Shown: positions 1 through 11,600 of the stretch, piece after piece
Layout of the letters: each line of letters begins with the position of its first letter
Numbering within the stretch: position 1 is the stretch's first letter
Assembly (NCBI RefSeq): GCF_006345805.1
Contig: NC_042998.1
Coordinates: forward strand, 52,762,001-52,826,000
Reading direction: 5' to 3'
Source: Octopus sinensis
Taxonomy: Eukaryota
Length of the DNA: 64,000 nucleotides
Notes under the pieces: model-generated
The model's database searches: none
Told to the model about the DNA's origin: nothing
Seen by the model: the letters and a program-made list of their open reading frames with translations, nothing else
Position numbers and translations under genes: made by a program

Positions 1-249
1 TTACCCAGAATAACAAATTCTATCATAAAATTTTGTTGTATACCCAATTGAATATTAGCTAATAACCCATTTTCTATAGCGATGTTTGAACAAAATTTTA
101 ATAATTTTACAGAAAGTTACCCAGAATAACAAATTCTATCGTAAAATTTTGTTGTATACCCAATTGAATATTAGCTAATAACCCATTTTCTATAGCGATG
201 TTTGAACAAAATTTTAATAATTTTACAGAAAGTTACCCAGAATAACAAA
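1..249. repeat. 116-bp tandem repeat (at least 2.1 units, runs off the window start)
   Basis: ttacccagaataac recurs at 1, 117 and 233; units nearly identical. Confidence 0.95.
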
Positions 250-527
250 CGAGCCCTTCTGGGTATTAGCGCGCGTCTACGATGAGTCTACGATTTAAAA
301 AAAAATTACCATCATATTTTTCCATTTTAATGCATTTTTTCGCTTTTATATAAGGGAAGTAACTCTCTAAAAATATCTACGATGTGTCAACGATTTAAAG
401 AAAAATTTACCTTAATTTTTTTTCAATTTTTAATGCATTTTTTTGCTACTTTTTGGCTATAACTCTCTAAAAATGCTTATATAGTTATTTCCCTTACAAC
501 CCGAGCAACGCCGGGCGATACTGCTAG
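1..527 (+). mobile_element. Non-autonomous Helitron, 3' part
   Basis: Subterminal hairpin CCCG-agcaacgc-CGGG (500-515), then CTAG|T at 524-528. Internal tandem repeats as often seen in Helitrons. Confidence 0.65.
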
Positions 528-586
528 TATATATATATATATATATATACACACACATACACATACATATGTATATATATATATCC

Positions 587-618
<32 letters not shown>

Positions 619-658
619 GTATATACACACATGCAAGTGTGCATGCACACACACACGT

Positions 659-700
<42 letters not shown>
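528..700. repeat. Compound (TA)n/(CA)n microsatellite (one of dozens in the window)
   Basis: Direct inspection. Similar tracts at e.g. 5420-5640, 5795-5842 (AAT), 26280-26360 (AAT), 51395-51446, 52050-52118 (GA). Confidence 0.95.
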
Positions 701-704
701 ATGA

Positions 705-955
705 AGGTGCAGGATTTAGTGGTTAGAGTATTTGACTCATGAGTGTAAAGTCATGAGTTCAGTTCCTGGCAGTCCACAGTGTCCTTGAGCAAGACACTTT
801 ATTTCATATCGCTCCAGTCTGCTTAGCTGGCAAAAATGAGCTGTACCTCTCATGGTGGATCTCCACGAGAATTGTGTTAAGAGTAAGTGTGCTTGTACAG
901 TGCTTAACCACTTGCATGTTAATTTCACAAGCAAGCTGTTCCGTTGATTGGTTGA
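705..955 (+). mobile_element. tRNA-derived SINE, family S3 (head ...agtggttagag..., body cttgagcaagacactttatttcac)
   Basis: Degenerate A/B boxes; body shared with copies at 4463, 27080, 31860, 35987 and 51020. Confidence 0.7.
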
Positions 956-1028
956 AATAAAATACTTGTCATTGTAACCAATGGAATGTCAGGTTATACA
1001 ATACATATATATATATACATATATATAT

Positions 1029-1262
1029 GAAGGCGGCGAGCTGGCAGAAACGTTAGCACGCCGGGTGAAATGCGTAGCTGTATTTCGTCTGCCGTTACGT
1101 TCTGAGTTCAAATTCCGCCGAGGTTGACTTTGCCTTTCATCCTTTTGGGGTCGATAAATTAGGTACCAGTTACGCACTGGGGTTGATGTAATCGACTTAA
1201 TCCATTTGTCTGTCATTGTTTGTCTCTTCTGTGTTTAGCCCCTTGTGGGTAGTAAAGAAATA
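1029..1262 (+). mobile_element. tRNA-derived SINE, family S1 (aaggcggcgagctggcagaa...gggtagtaaagaaat)
   Basis: Full-length match to other S1 copies; CpGs retained; inserted in an (AT)n tract. Confidence 0.85.
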
Positions 1263-4200
1263 TATATACATATATATGTAGTTAGGTTATATTCTGCTGA
1301 GAATGTAGTAGAGTATAGTGTAAAACTCATCCACCTTCAGATTTCACACCTAACCAAATACCTGTGAACCTGGAGAACTACATTGCATGGAAACAATTGT
1401 AGTGATTATAAATAAATGTTCTTCTGTACTCCTTCTTGACTCCAACTTATTCATGTATGTATACACGCACGCACTCACAAATTTTTTTTGTATTAATATT
1501 TATCAAAAGTAACAGAGTGACTTATGGTCCCAGAGTTTGTGCATTGGCACTTATGAAACTAGTCTCAAGTCAAAGACCTGTGAGTTTATAGCTATTGATA
1601 AATAAATCTTTAGTTAAATATATTCAATGAGAATATTATATACTGAATTTATATTGAGTGTTCAATTATATCAAAGTATTAATACTATTAAAGTATTTAT
1701 ATATTTAAGTACAAGCGATTATATACACATATATTTTTTAATAATATATTATTATTAATATTAGGAAATCAATATCAAAACTCCTCAGAAAGATATACAC
1801 ATGTGAAAAATAATTGTTGTATTAAAGATATATAAATAAATAAATAAATAAATAAATATAAATATGTAAAAAAATATAAGTAAGTATGTATAAGTATAAA
1901 TATATAATGTATATGACAGTTTAAAAGTTTTGAATTAATTATTTAAAGCATCTTATGATTGTTTCACAGAAGAGTTGTCCCTATAATGAAATCCTATATT
2001 GATAAGCATTTATAGACAACGCTTCTGCTCTTCAGAGATATAAAATTTGAATTCTGTATAACATATTGATAAATATATTGATAAATATATTCATATAGTA
2101 TAAGACGCTTGCCCAAGGTGCCATTGCAGTGGGACTGAACTCAGAACCATGTGGTTGAGAAACAAGTTTCCTACCACACAGCCATGTGTGCCCCTATGTA
2201 TAATAACATAATATTTATAATACTATTTCTAACATGCGTTTCATCATTATTGCTGCTCGGAGCACTATCTTGGATGTTCCAAATGCATTTGTATGCTTAA
2301 CCAGAATGGATCATCAAGGAACACTTTATCGCATTAAGTATATGTATTTTGAACATGAATGGTTATAGTTCTAGCTGAGAGCATTCTGATTCTGACAGTT
2401 TCCTGTCCATTTTCTAGCTTGTTAGTTGGTCTTCAAACAATGGTGCTAGCTGTATGAACTCATACTTTCTCACACTTGATCTTTGTTTCTATAACAGTTT
2501 GCTTTCTTCCTAATTCATTTTGCATTCAGTGGGCTGAGCAATGGTTTATTGCATGTTTGCTGCTTCATGTTTCCTATCATCAAAAGAGAACATTATATTT
2601 AAAGGCCTAGTGATCTGTGGTGGAAACAATATGGAGCCATATGTAGTTTGAGCTGAGCTTTGAATCTAGCTATAAAAACCCTACGAGATGTACAAGTTCT
2701 TACAACTCTTATGATATATAATGAAACTGATTTACCTTGGATATATGGATGTTAGGAACATTATGGGAATAATGTAATTTTTAGCTCTTTATAAATGGGT
2801 GAACAGACTTTAGAAGTCATTGATTTAACTAAATATATAAATAAGGCAATATATTATTCACACACACAAACATGTATAAACTTACTTCTCCGCATTCACT
2901 TCTAAAAAGGATAGTGTTTATCTTTCTTTCCCTATACTTTACCATAATAAATAGTTATGTGTTTGCTCCTAATCCATTATACATCATGAGATCAGCTTCA
3001 CTAACTTCAGGAAGTAAGAATATGAAAGCTGTTTGGTTCCCTCTTCTCTGAGCATTGACACACTAAAGTTTTAACATCTAGAATCTGACTCACTAGAAGC
3101 ACACAAGACTATCCACATCACCATCTTTCCAATAAATTTTGGTTATGTTCTTGAATTTAATGTCTCAACTATCAATGGACATACTTATAAAAATAAAAAT
3201 CAGTGCAGTACTCATGACTTTCATAAAACATTTTTTTCACACTCAGAATTGTCAAAGCATGAAATAAACTATTTGGTGTTTGCTGTGAGGGCACAGAATC
3301 CTTCTAAAATTCCATGTCTTCCAAAATTCACCAATACTCCTCTTGACATACCTATGCACCCTTTCCTCTTTATGGCTCTTTTACTGCTCTCTTTTCTTTC
3401 TGCTTGTGTTAGATTCTGTATACCATGCAGGCACTTCTTTCATTGCTGTTTTTCTCATACTTGATTCATTGCTACTTTCTGTCCCCTCTTTAACCTTTAC
3501 CCAACAAGTTGTAGTACACTTGAGTGCTGTATATGATAAGCTCATTTAGCAAGCTCACTGGCTAATCATGACACCAGCATCTGTTCTTACACTGTTATTC
3601 TATATATCGCCAGTGGGAACATGAACCAATGCTATCTCTCATGGTTGCACATCCAACATTGACCAACAAAACCAAGGAAGGTTGAAATCACATGATCTGG
3701 TGGTCTTGGCAATGGATATGGTAGCTATTTATCTCCCTACTAGTGATATAAACATGTGTGCATTTTGCACCAAAAGCCAACATGAGAGCTTCTCTCATGG
3801 TATCTATCACAGTATAGTTTGTTCCAACATTGCAAAGCATTAAAAAAATGAAAAAATCCTCCAAAACATTGAAGCTGGGATTTGAACACAAGTCACAGAT
3901 CCAGTTTGTTAAATATTTTACTTCTTACTCTAAAGAGCCTGCTTAAGAGAAAACAGAATGTGGAAACAAAATAGAAAGGAAATAAAAATAAAAATGAAGA
4001 AATTCATTTTCATATCAGGTTCTGCATTTGCCAATAATGATTCTAACAAATTGCACAAAAATGATTAAAGAAGAAACAATTCTCATTGGAGTGACCTCAT
4101 ATATAAATATATGCATTTGTTGAGAGAATCATAGCAGCTAAATGAATGCTTATGCTATCCTTATTAGTTCCTTGTCTAATATACCGCTTAGCTCCTGGCA

Positions 4201-4462
4201 CTATTCCTGAAGTAGTTGCATATGTCTTTGAGAAGAATTTGGAATACCCAACCGTTTTTGGATTGTTCTTTGGCATATGAGCAATGCATGAATAAGCTAC
4301 AAGACATGCGTCACTGTTCTATAGATCTGTATATATTTATCCCTAAAAAGAATGTTTGTCTGTCACAGGCGTTGAGTGCATTTTCAAAAGTAACCAGTTG
4401 AAAAAAGAAACAAATATAAATTTTATTAGAAGTATATACATGGTTGTTTGTAACTATGTATT

Positions 4463-4960
4463 CACACATATGGTGCATTGCTCAGTGGTTAGAGCGTTGG
4501 ACAAACAATCATGAGGTAGTGAGTTCAATTCCCAGACTGAGCTGTGTGTTGTGTCCATGAGCAAGACACTTTATTTCACATTGCTCCAGTTCACTCAGCT
4601 GTAGAAATGAGTTGCGACATCACTGGTGCCAAGTTGTATCAACCTTTGCCTTTCCCTTGGATAACATCAGTGGCATAGAGAGGGGAGGATGGTATGCATG
4701 AGCAACTTGGACCGCTGAACTCAACACATTTTTTTTCATTCTCTCTGTATTTACTTCTCCTTATTCCTTTCTGTCGAAGAGTATAAGCTCAAAACATAAA
4801 AGACTTCCTATTTTTCCCAAGCGTCAAACTAATACATTTGTTTTTATTCCTACACCTGTCTTCATCTTTTGTTTTTCTATAAATTCCATAAAACAATCTT
4901 ACCTGGATTTGTGCTTTAGGGGGTAACTTTTTAGGTGCAATCCCATGGTCATTCATGACT
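4463..4960 (+). mobile_element. SINE S3 interrupted by a foreign ~180-bp insert (4708-4885)
   Basis: The S3 body stops at gcatgagcaact and resumes at ccataaaacaatcttacctgg, as judged from the uninterrupted copy at 27080-27365. Confidence 0.75.
4708..4885 (+). mobile_element. Short Penelope-terminus-like repeat with a decayed hammerhead-like motif
   Basis: CTGTCGA-A-GAGT-ATAA-GCTC-AAAAC-AT-A-AAAGA at 4771-4803; homologous to the minus-strand copy at 22975-23185. Confidence 0.5.
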
Positions 4961-5444
4961 GAAGGGATTCTCTTTTTATTTTATTCACACAACACACACA
5001 TTCAACTACACATGGAAAGCAGTCGTTAAATGATGATGATAAATGTATGTATGCATGCAAATGTGTGTGTGTGTGTGTGTGTGTGTGCACACTTGTGTGT
5101 GTGTATGAGAGAGAGAGGGAGGGAGGGGGGAAACACACACACACACATACACAAAGAGTAAGTGGTCTAGGTGTTGGATGCACAATTGTCCTGATCACCA
5201 AAATCATCTTTGACATCCGTATTTCCGTGTTTGCATGGGTCAGGAGGATTTTACTGAGTCAGACGCCTTTCCTCTCATCAACTTTCTTCTGTTTCTAACC
5301 AAGCTAATATTTCTTCATAGCCAGACATGTTTACATGGAAGAATGAAATGAAAGACACTGCTTGTATGACAGTAATGCTTGTTTACAATCACTGTCTGAT
5401 GTCAAGATAGGAGATAAACAAACACACACACACATAAATATATG

Positions 5445-5530
<86 letters not shown>

Positions 5531-5557
5531 TCATTTATGTATATCTATGTATGTATG

Positions 5558-5606
<49 letters not shown>

Positions 5607-5801
5607 GTGTGAGTGTATCTGTATGTATGCATATATATGTATGTATCCTTTAAGTTTGTTTAAAGGAAATGTTTTGAATATCCATATACAACCTCCTATT
5701 CTATTATGCTGGCTACAGCCTAATGATGTCTAACTGGCAATACATATTTTTAAGGGTTGCACCAAACTGTGTCAATATAATGTAGGATAAATATAATAAT
5801 G

Positions 5802-5844
<43 letters not shown>

Positions 5845-6516
5845 TACGCTGTGAAAACAACATCCATCCATGAATTTATTTATTTGTAAATTTTTAAATA
5901 CATATTTTATCTGTGAATTTGCGTGTGTAATCTGGGAATGCATACAATGAGCTTCTCTGCCCTAGGTGTATGGAAAACACCCAGTGAGAAACGGAAGAAA
6001 ATTTGAAGAAAGAAGGAAAAAACATAATAATAATAATCCTTCCATCCAAAAATGAAAATAAGTCTCAGACCCAGTTTATTACAGACTTAACCAAAAATCT
6101 ATCACCTGAATAATGTAGCAATAAACATAGACACTTGAACTGTTAGAAATAGTTTTCCAATTGCCATCAAATCATTTTCAACCTACACAAAACCAGAATG
6201 TCAGAGATTTTAATCTTTTAGTCTGGAGGGAAGGCACTACCCTAGTCCATTATGGGGCCTCAGAGACTGTAAGAGGAAGGACATTATTCTTAAATTGGAG
6301 ATCTGGCCTGAATGCTTGCAGCAGTGTAGACTCTATTAAAAGCACACTAAGTACCAGGTGTTGGTGTTAAACTGAGTGATGGATTAAATGTAGTCTGATG
6401 AAAAGATAATCAATATCTAGAAGGCCTTTTATCCAAATATCTGTACAAACAGAGCTGATCTAGTATTTAGATAATAATGACAACAATGTCGATAAAATAA
6501 ACAATATGATACTTAC

Positions 6517-6593
6517 AGTTATGAAATTTGCATTGATGTAGTCAGAGTTCTCTTCTCCTGGAATATTTTTCAGTTTTACTCGAGTTTCTGGGA
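6517..6593 (-). CDS. PTP exon: RVKL...DYINA motifs
   Basis: Acceptor ccttctttttcag, donor ACT|gtaagt, 77 nt (phase 1-0), (I)[25 protein letters not shown]. The phase-1 intron after the KNRY-loop proline is a conserved PTP-domain intron position. Confidence 0.94.
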
Positions 6594-8568
6594 CTGAAAA
6601 AGAAGGAATACAGAATAACTTAACACAGGTTATAAAATCCAGTAAACAAAATAATGAGAAAATCTTTGCGAGGTCACTCAACTTACTAGAAATAGCATCC
6701 AAATCTCCCTAAAATAACTCCCTATGATCCTAAAGAAAGATTGATTATATTGAATGATAATGTAATTCTCACAGAATGTCTGTTTTTCTTTTTAATGTCC
6801 TGCAATCACAAAGCTTAATCCCTTTCTCTGTACAGCCACAAAAGTGTACAGCTTCAGAGTAGTTCCGTCCTCTTCAAGGTTATCAGGACTTTCATGCTTA
6901 TGTAAATATCACCTAATCACGTGCCATTTCATCATTCTGTAGTGAGACCAATTTCTATTATGGCACATTGGAGTCAACTAGCCTTTTATAGGCTCTACAC
7001 ATTAATCTTTTAATGATTGGTCATCTGACCTATCATGTGAGTTTGGAACAGTTGGTTGAGTCCTGCATTTTGATTGGTTGAGTATTGCATGGGATACGGA
7101 TCTCGGGTCCAATTACATTGTGTGTAATACATTCTAAAACAACTAGCCTGAACCATCGCTGGGAGCCTATGTCTCTTTATATATAGCCTTAACAAAAACT
7201 CAGTGACAGAGGGGTGAGAGAATTTTCAGGAAGATGAGTCATGACATTTTCCTGCTGTTATAATGAAAGACTTGCAACCAACAATTGCCAGAGCTGAATT
7301 ACCCAAATGATGGATGAACTATACCACCAACAAAATCTATATAATTTAGCAGAGGAATAAAGTCTTGCTGTTATTTTGAAGTTTGCTTCTTGTATTATTC
7401 CCATGAGTTAACATGCAACACATGTTATATAATGGTATGCAAGATTTCATAGTAAACCTATTTCTTTACTGCCCACAAGGGGCTACACACAGAGGGGACA
7501 AACAAGGACAGACAAACGGATTAAGTCGATTACATCGACCCCTGTGCGTAACTGGTACTTATTTAATCGACCCCGAAAGGATGAAAGGCAAAGTCAACCT
7601 CAGCGGAATTCGAACTCAGAACGTAGTGGCAGGTGAAATACTGCTAAGCATTTCGCCCGACATGCTAACGTTTCTGCCAGCTACAGCTAAAACTCTATGC
7701 CACATGGAAGCTTGTCATCTTCTCTTACTGTGCCTCAAAGGTGATGATAAACCAAACCTCAACATCATTACTAATATCTTTTGTTCTGATTCTTATGCAA
7801 TTGTGTGCCATGTACAGTGGCACCAGCCTGTGAGTAAGTGTGTAGTTTGCCACTTCTGCCTGCTTTCATGCCTCATATTCAGTTTTCAAGACAATACTCA
7901 CATTTCCATATGCCAGGCATCTATCAATAAAGTATACATTACTATGTCATATACTGAAGCCTTTGTGAAGAAGAGTTATATCCCCTTCATTCATAACCAT
8001 ACTTATATGAATTCTTCAAGCAGAGTGGCACTGTCATTTGTGACATATTGCTTCCACATCTCTTTGTGTGGGTTTGACTTATGTCTGAAATTTTTAATTG
8101 GAAAGAATTTTTGGACAAGTTTGCATTTTTTGTTCTTTGAAATACTTTCATGCAAGTTTAAGTTTGCAGATGTCATTACATCTTTACATCTTTTGGTTTC
8201 GTTGTTTCTTTTTCTGTCTCTAAATTCCATTTACCTTCTTTTTAAATATGTTTTTGTGCTCTCAACAATTATTTTATTCTTCTTTTCTTGTGGGAAGAAG
8301 GTGGGGCTAGGGTATACAAGGCTTCTTCTTTTGCTTTTAGCACCCTTTTAAGTTCTTTCATTTGAAGAAGCCATAGTAAATTTTAAAAATATATATTTTA
8401 AAAGCAGAAAAATAAGTTTATGTCTAAAATACTGAGTTTTTATCTAGTCTAGGTGTTGGGGTAGACATCCACATGCTACAAAATAACCAGTTCATATCTG
8501 ATTGCTTAAAAATGATTATTTATTTTGAAAGACTTGCATACAATTTTAAAAAAATGAAATTTACATTA

Positions 8569-8604
<36 letters not shown>

Positions 8605-11600
8605 CATAATCAGCCAAAACCTATTTATCTAATGTTTATTTATCGACAATGCCGTCCCCAGTCAAATTCCCTCACACCGCTTATTGTCACGTGTCCCTTG
8701 ACCTCTCTCTCTAACTAACCGTATCTCTCTCTCGCTATGTCCCCCCTTCCCATAACCATCATCGCCATGGTCCTCTATGCCCCCCCCCTCCCCAAAACCA
8801 TCATCGCCATACATAAAAGAGCCATCGCATTTATCGTTAACCCCACTCGCTTCAAAATATCTAAAGAATACGCACAGATCATGAATGGCTAAAAGTTAAG
8901 TGAATCGTCCAACCTCGCTACGACTACCTTCTTTCTTGCACTTATCCTTATTCTTTCTCTATTCTTCAATTTCCATCTCATTGTATTGTCACTCATTCTT
9001 TCAGTATTCCCTCATTACCCTGTCTAGCTCAAACATTTTTTTTTCGTTTAGACTTGTCTCCAGGTTCATAGCCACTCTGATTTTTCAATTTTTCAATTAG
9101 TATTGTCTCCCGATTCATACAAACCCATTTGCTAGCTCACGATTAACAGAACCTCTTTACTCAGCTACGGTGCACCCGCCCTCCCACCCCCACCACGCAT
9201 GCCGGAAGTTCCTATTCTCTTCCATTCCGGGGTTGCTTCCCATGAAGACTGCAAATGCTCTCACCATCCATACCCCTCCCTACCCCTAGTCTCGACCTAT
9301 GTAAGGTAATGTTCATACAGTGCAAAATATGAAAGGCTAGCGTTATGCAGGTTGTACTGAAGGCTACTTTACTACTTCATTTCTTGCACATGAATTCTGC
9401 CAAATGCGAGCTTTCTTTTCAGGTACACGAAGCTACTGTCCACCGTCCCAGGGTCTCTAGAGCCCATGCCTTCCACACCCTCAGGGTTGGCACCCTCAAC
9501 GTTGGCACTCTGAAAGGTAGGTCTGGTGAGATAGTCGAGATGCTTGAACGGAGATGTGTGGATATATGTTGCATGCAAGAAATAAGGTGGAGAGGAGGAT
9601 CAGCTAGGTTCCTCACAGGCAAGGAACGCAGGTACAAGATTTTCTGGGCAGGGAACACTGACGGGGTTGGTGGCGTGGGTATACTTATCGCTGAGAAATG
9701 GGTAGATAAAGTAATTGAGGTAATCAGAGTAAGTGACAGAATACTTAAGATTAGATTAGTGCTTCATCATAGTTTAGCAACCATTATATCAGCCTATGCT
9801 CCTCAGTCGGGGCTACCCGATGGCCAGAAAGACCGATTCTATGACACTCTACTGCAGACTACCTCATTGACGAACGACAGAGACCTTATCTTTGTGGCTG
9901 GTGACTTCAATGGTCACGTTGGACGACATGCTGGGGGCTTCCATGGCGTACATGGAGGCTATGGCTATGGCTCCCGCAACGAGGAGGGAACCAGGCTGCT
10001 GGAGTTCTGCGATGCAAATAATCTTATGATTTGCAACACTAACTTCAGGAAACCTACCAGCCACCTAGTCACTTACCAATCGGGCCAACATACCAGCCAA
10101 ATTGACTACATCCTTACAAGGCAAAGGGAGAGATGGCTGCTTATAAATGCCAAAACCTTCCCAGGTGAAGAATGTACCCCACAACATAGACTGGTAGTTA
10201 GTGACTTTAGGATCAGGACTAGGAGGACAACCAGAAGACGACAAATATGGAGAAGAAGGATCTGGAAGCTTAAAGATCCTGCAAATGGACAGAGATTTAG
10301 GGACATATTACTTGAAGCCTCTGACGAAGTAGAAGGGGATAGAGCATCACAGGGGGTAGAAGACAGCTGGACGTTTCTAAGGGACAACCTGCTGAGAGCC
10401 ACTGACCAGATCTGTGGCTGGTGCAAAGTCCCCTCTCGACCTAGAATAACGTGGTGGTGGAACAATATTGTAGACAGGGCTATTAGAGAAAAGAGACAGG
10501 CTTGGAAGGTCTGGAAAAATGGGGGTAGCAGGGAATTGTATCAGACTGCCAAAAGAGAAGCTAGGAGACAGGTTTATTTAGCCAGAGGGGAAGCAGATAA
10601 GAAAAAATTTGCCAATGTTCTGCGCCGTGAGGACCAAAGACTGGAGGTGTTTCGTGTTGCAAGACAGTGTTTGAGAGAGAGAATCGTGATGTGGTAGGAG
10701 AGAAGTGTGTTCGCATGGAAGATGGTTCACTTGCGCTAAATGAGGATGCGAAGAGAGAGGTTTGGAGATGCCACTATGAAAGGTTGCTGAATGAAGAAAA
10801 TGAATGGGATAAAGAGAGTCTGCCGAATGTTGACCCAACAGAGGGACCAGCTATCCGAGTTGATAGTTCTGTGGTAGCTAAGGCAATTAGAAGCATGAAG
10901 ACAGGGAAAGCCCCAGGCCCATCAGGAATCACTGCAGAGATGCTCAAAATGTCTGGTAGTGTCGGCTATAGCCTAGTCACCCATATAGTTAATCAGGTGA
11001 TACACAAAGGGGTCATACCCAATGACTGGTGTAGCAGTATAATAGTCAACTGCTACAAAGGTAAAGGTGATGCCCTAGATACAAATAACTACAGAGGTAT
11101 CAAGCTGTTGGACCAGGTGATGAAGGTTACGGAGAGGGTCATAGCCCAACTAATTAGAGAGAGAGTTAGTTTAGATGAGATGCAGTTTGGGTTTGTGCCA
11201 GGGAAAAGTACTACTGATGCTATATTCCTGGTAAGGCAGCTGCAGGAGAAATACCTAGCCAAAGATAAGCCCCTGTACCTGGCTTTTGTTGACATGGAGA
11301 AAGCCTTCGACAGGGTCCCCCGATCCCTTATCTGGTGGGCAATGAGAAAACTAGGGATAGATGAATGGTTAGTGAGAGCTGTGCGGGCCATGTATAGGGA
11401 CGCCGCTAGTAGGGTGAGGGTTGGAAATGAGTACAGTGAAGAATTCCGGGTAGAGGTAGGGGTCCACCAAGGCTCAGTACTCAGCCCCCTCCTATTTATC
11501 ATAGTCCTCCAGGCAATAACGGAGGAATTCAAGACAGGATGCCCTTGGGAGCTCCTCTATGCTGATGACCTTGCTCTAATTGCTGAGTCGCTATCAGAAC

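Noticed and set aside
457-5733. Many short track ORFs rich in YI/VC/HT repeats (here and throughout the window)
   Set aside because: Translations of (AT)n, (GT)n and (CA)n microsatellites or of SINE bodies.
1-6516. Next PTP catalytic exon (IATQGP motif)
   Set aside because: Searched by eye on the minus strand and not found; probably lies beyond the left edge.
7413-8351. 312-aa + strand ORF
   Set aside because: Runs through an antisense S1 SINE and low-complexity F/L/I-rich sequence; no domain motifs or splice logic.
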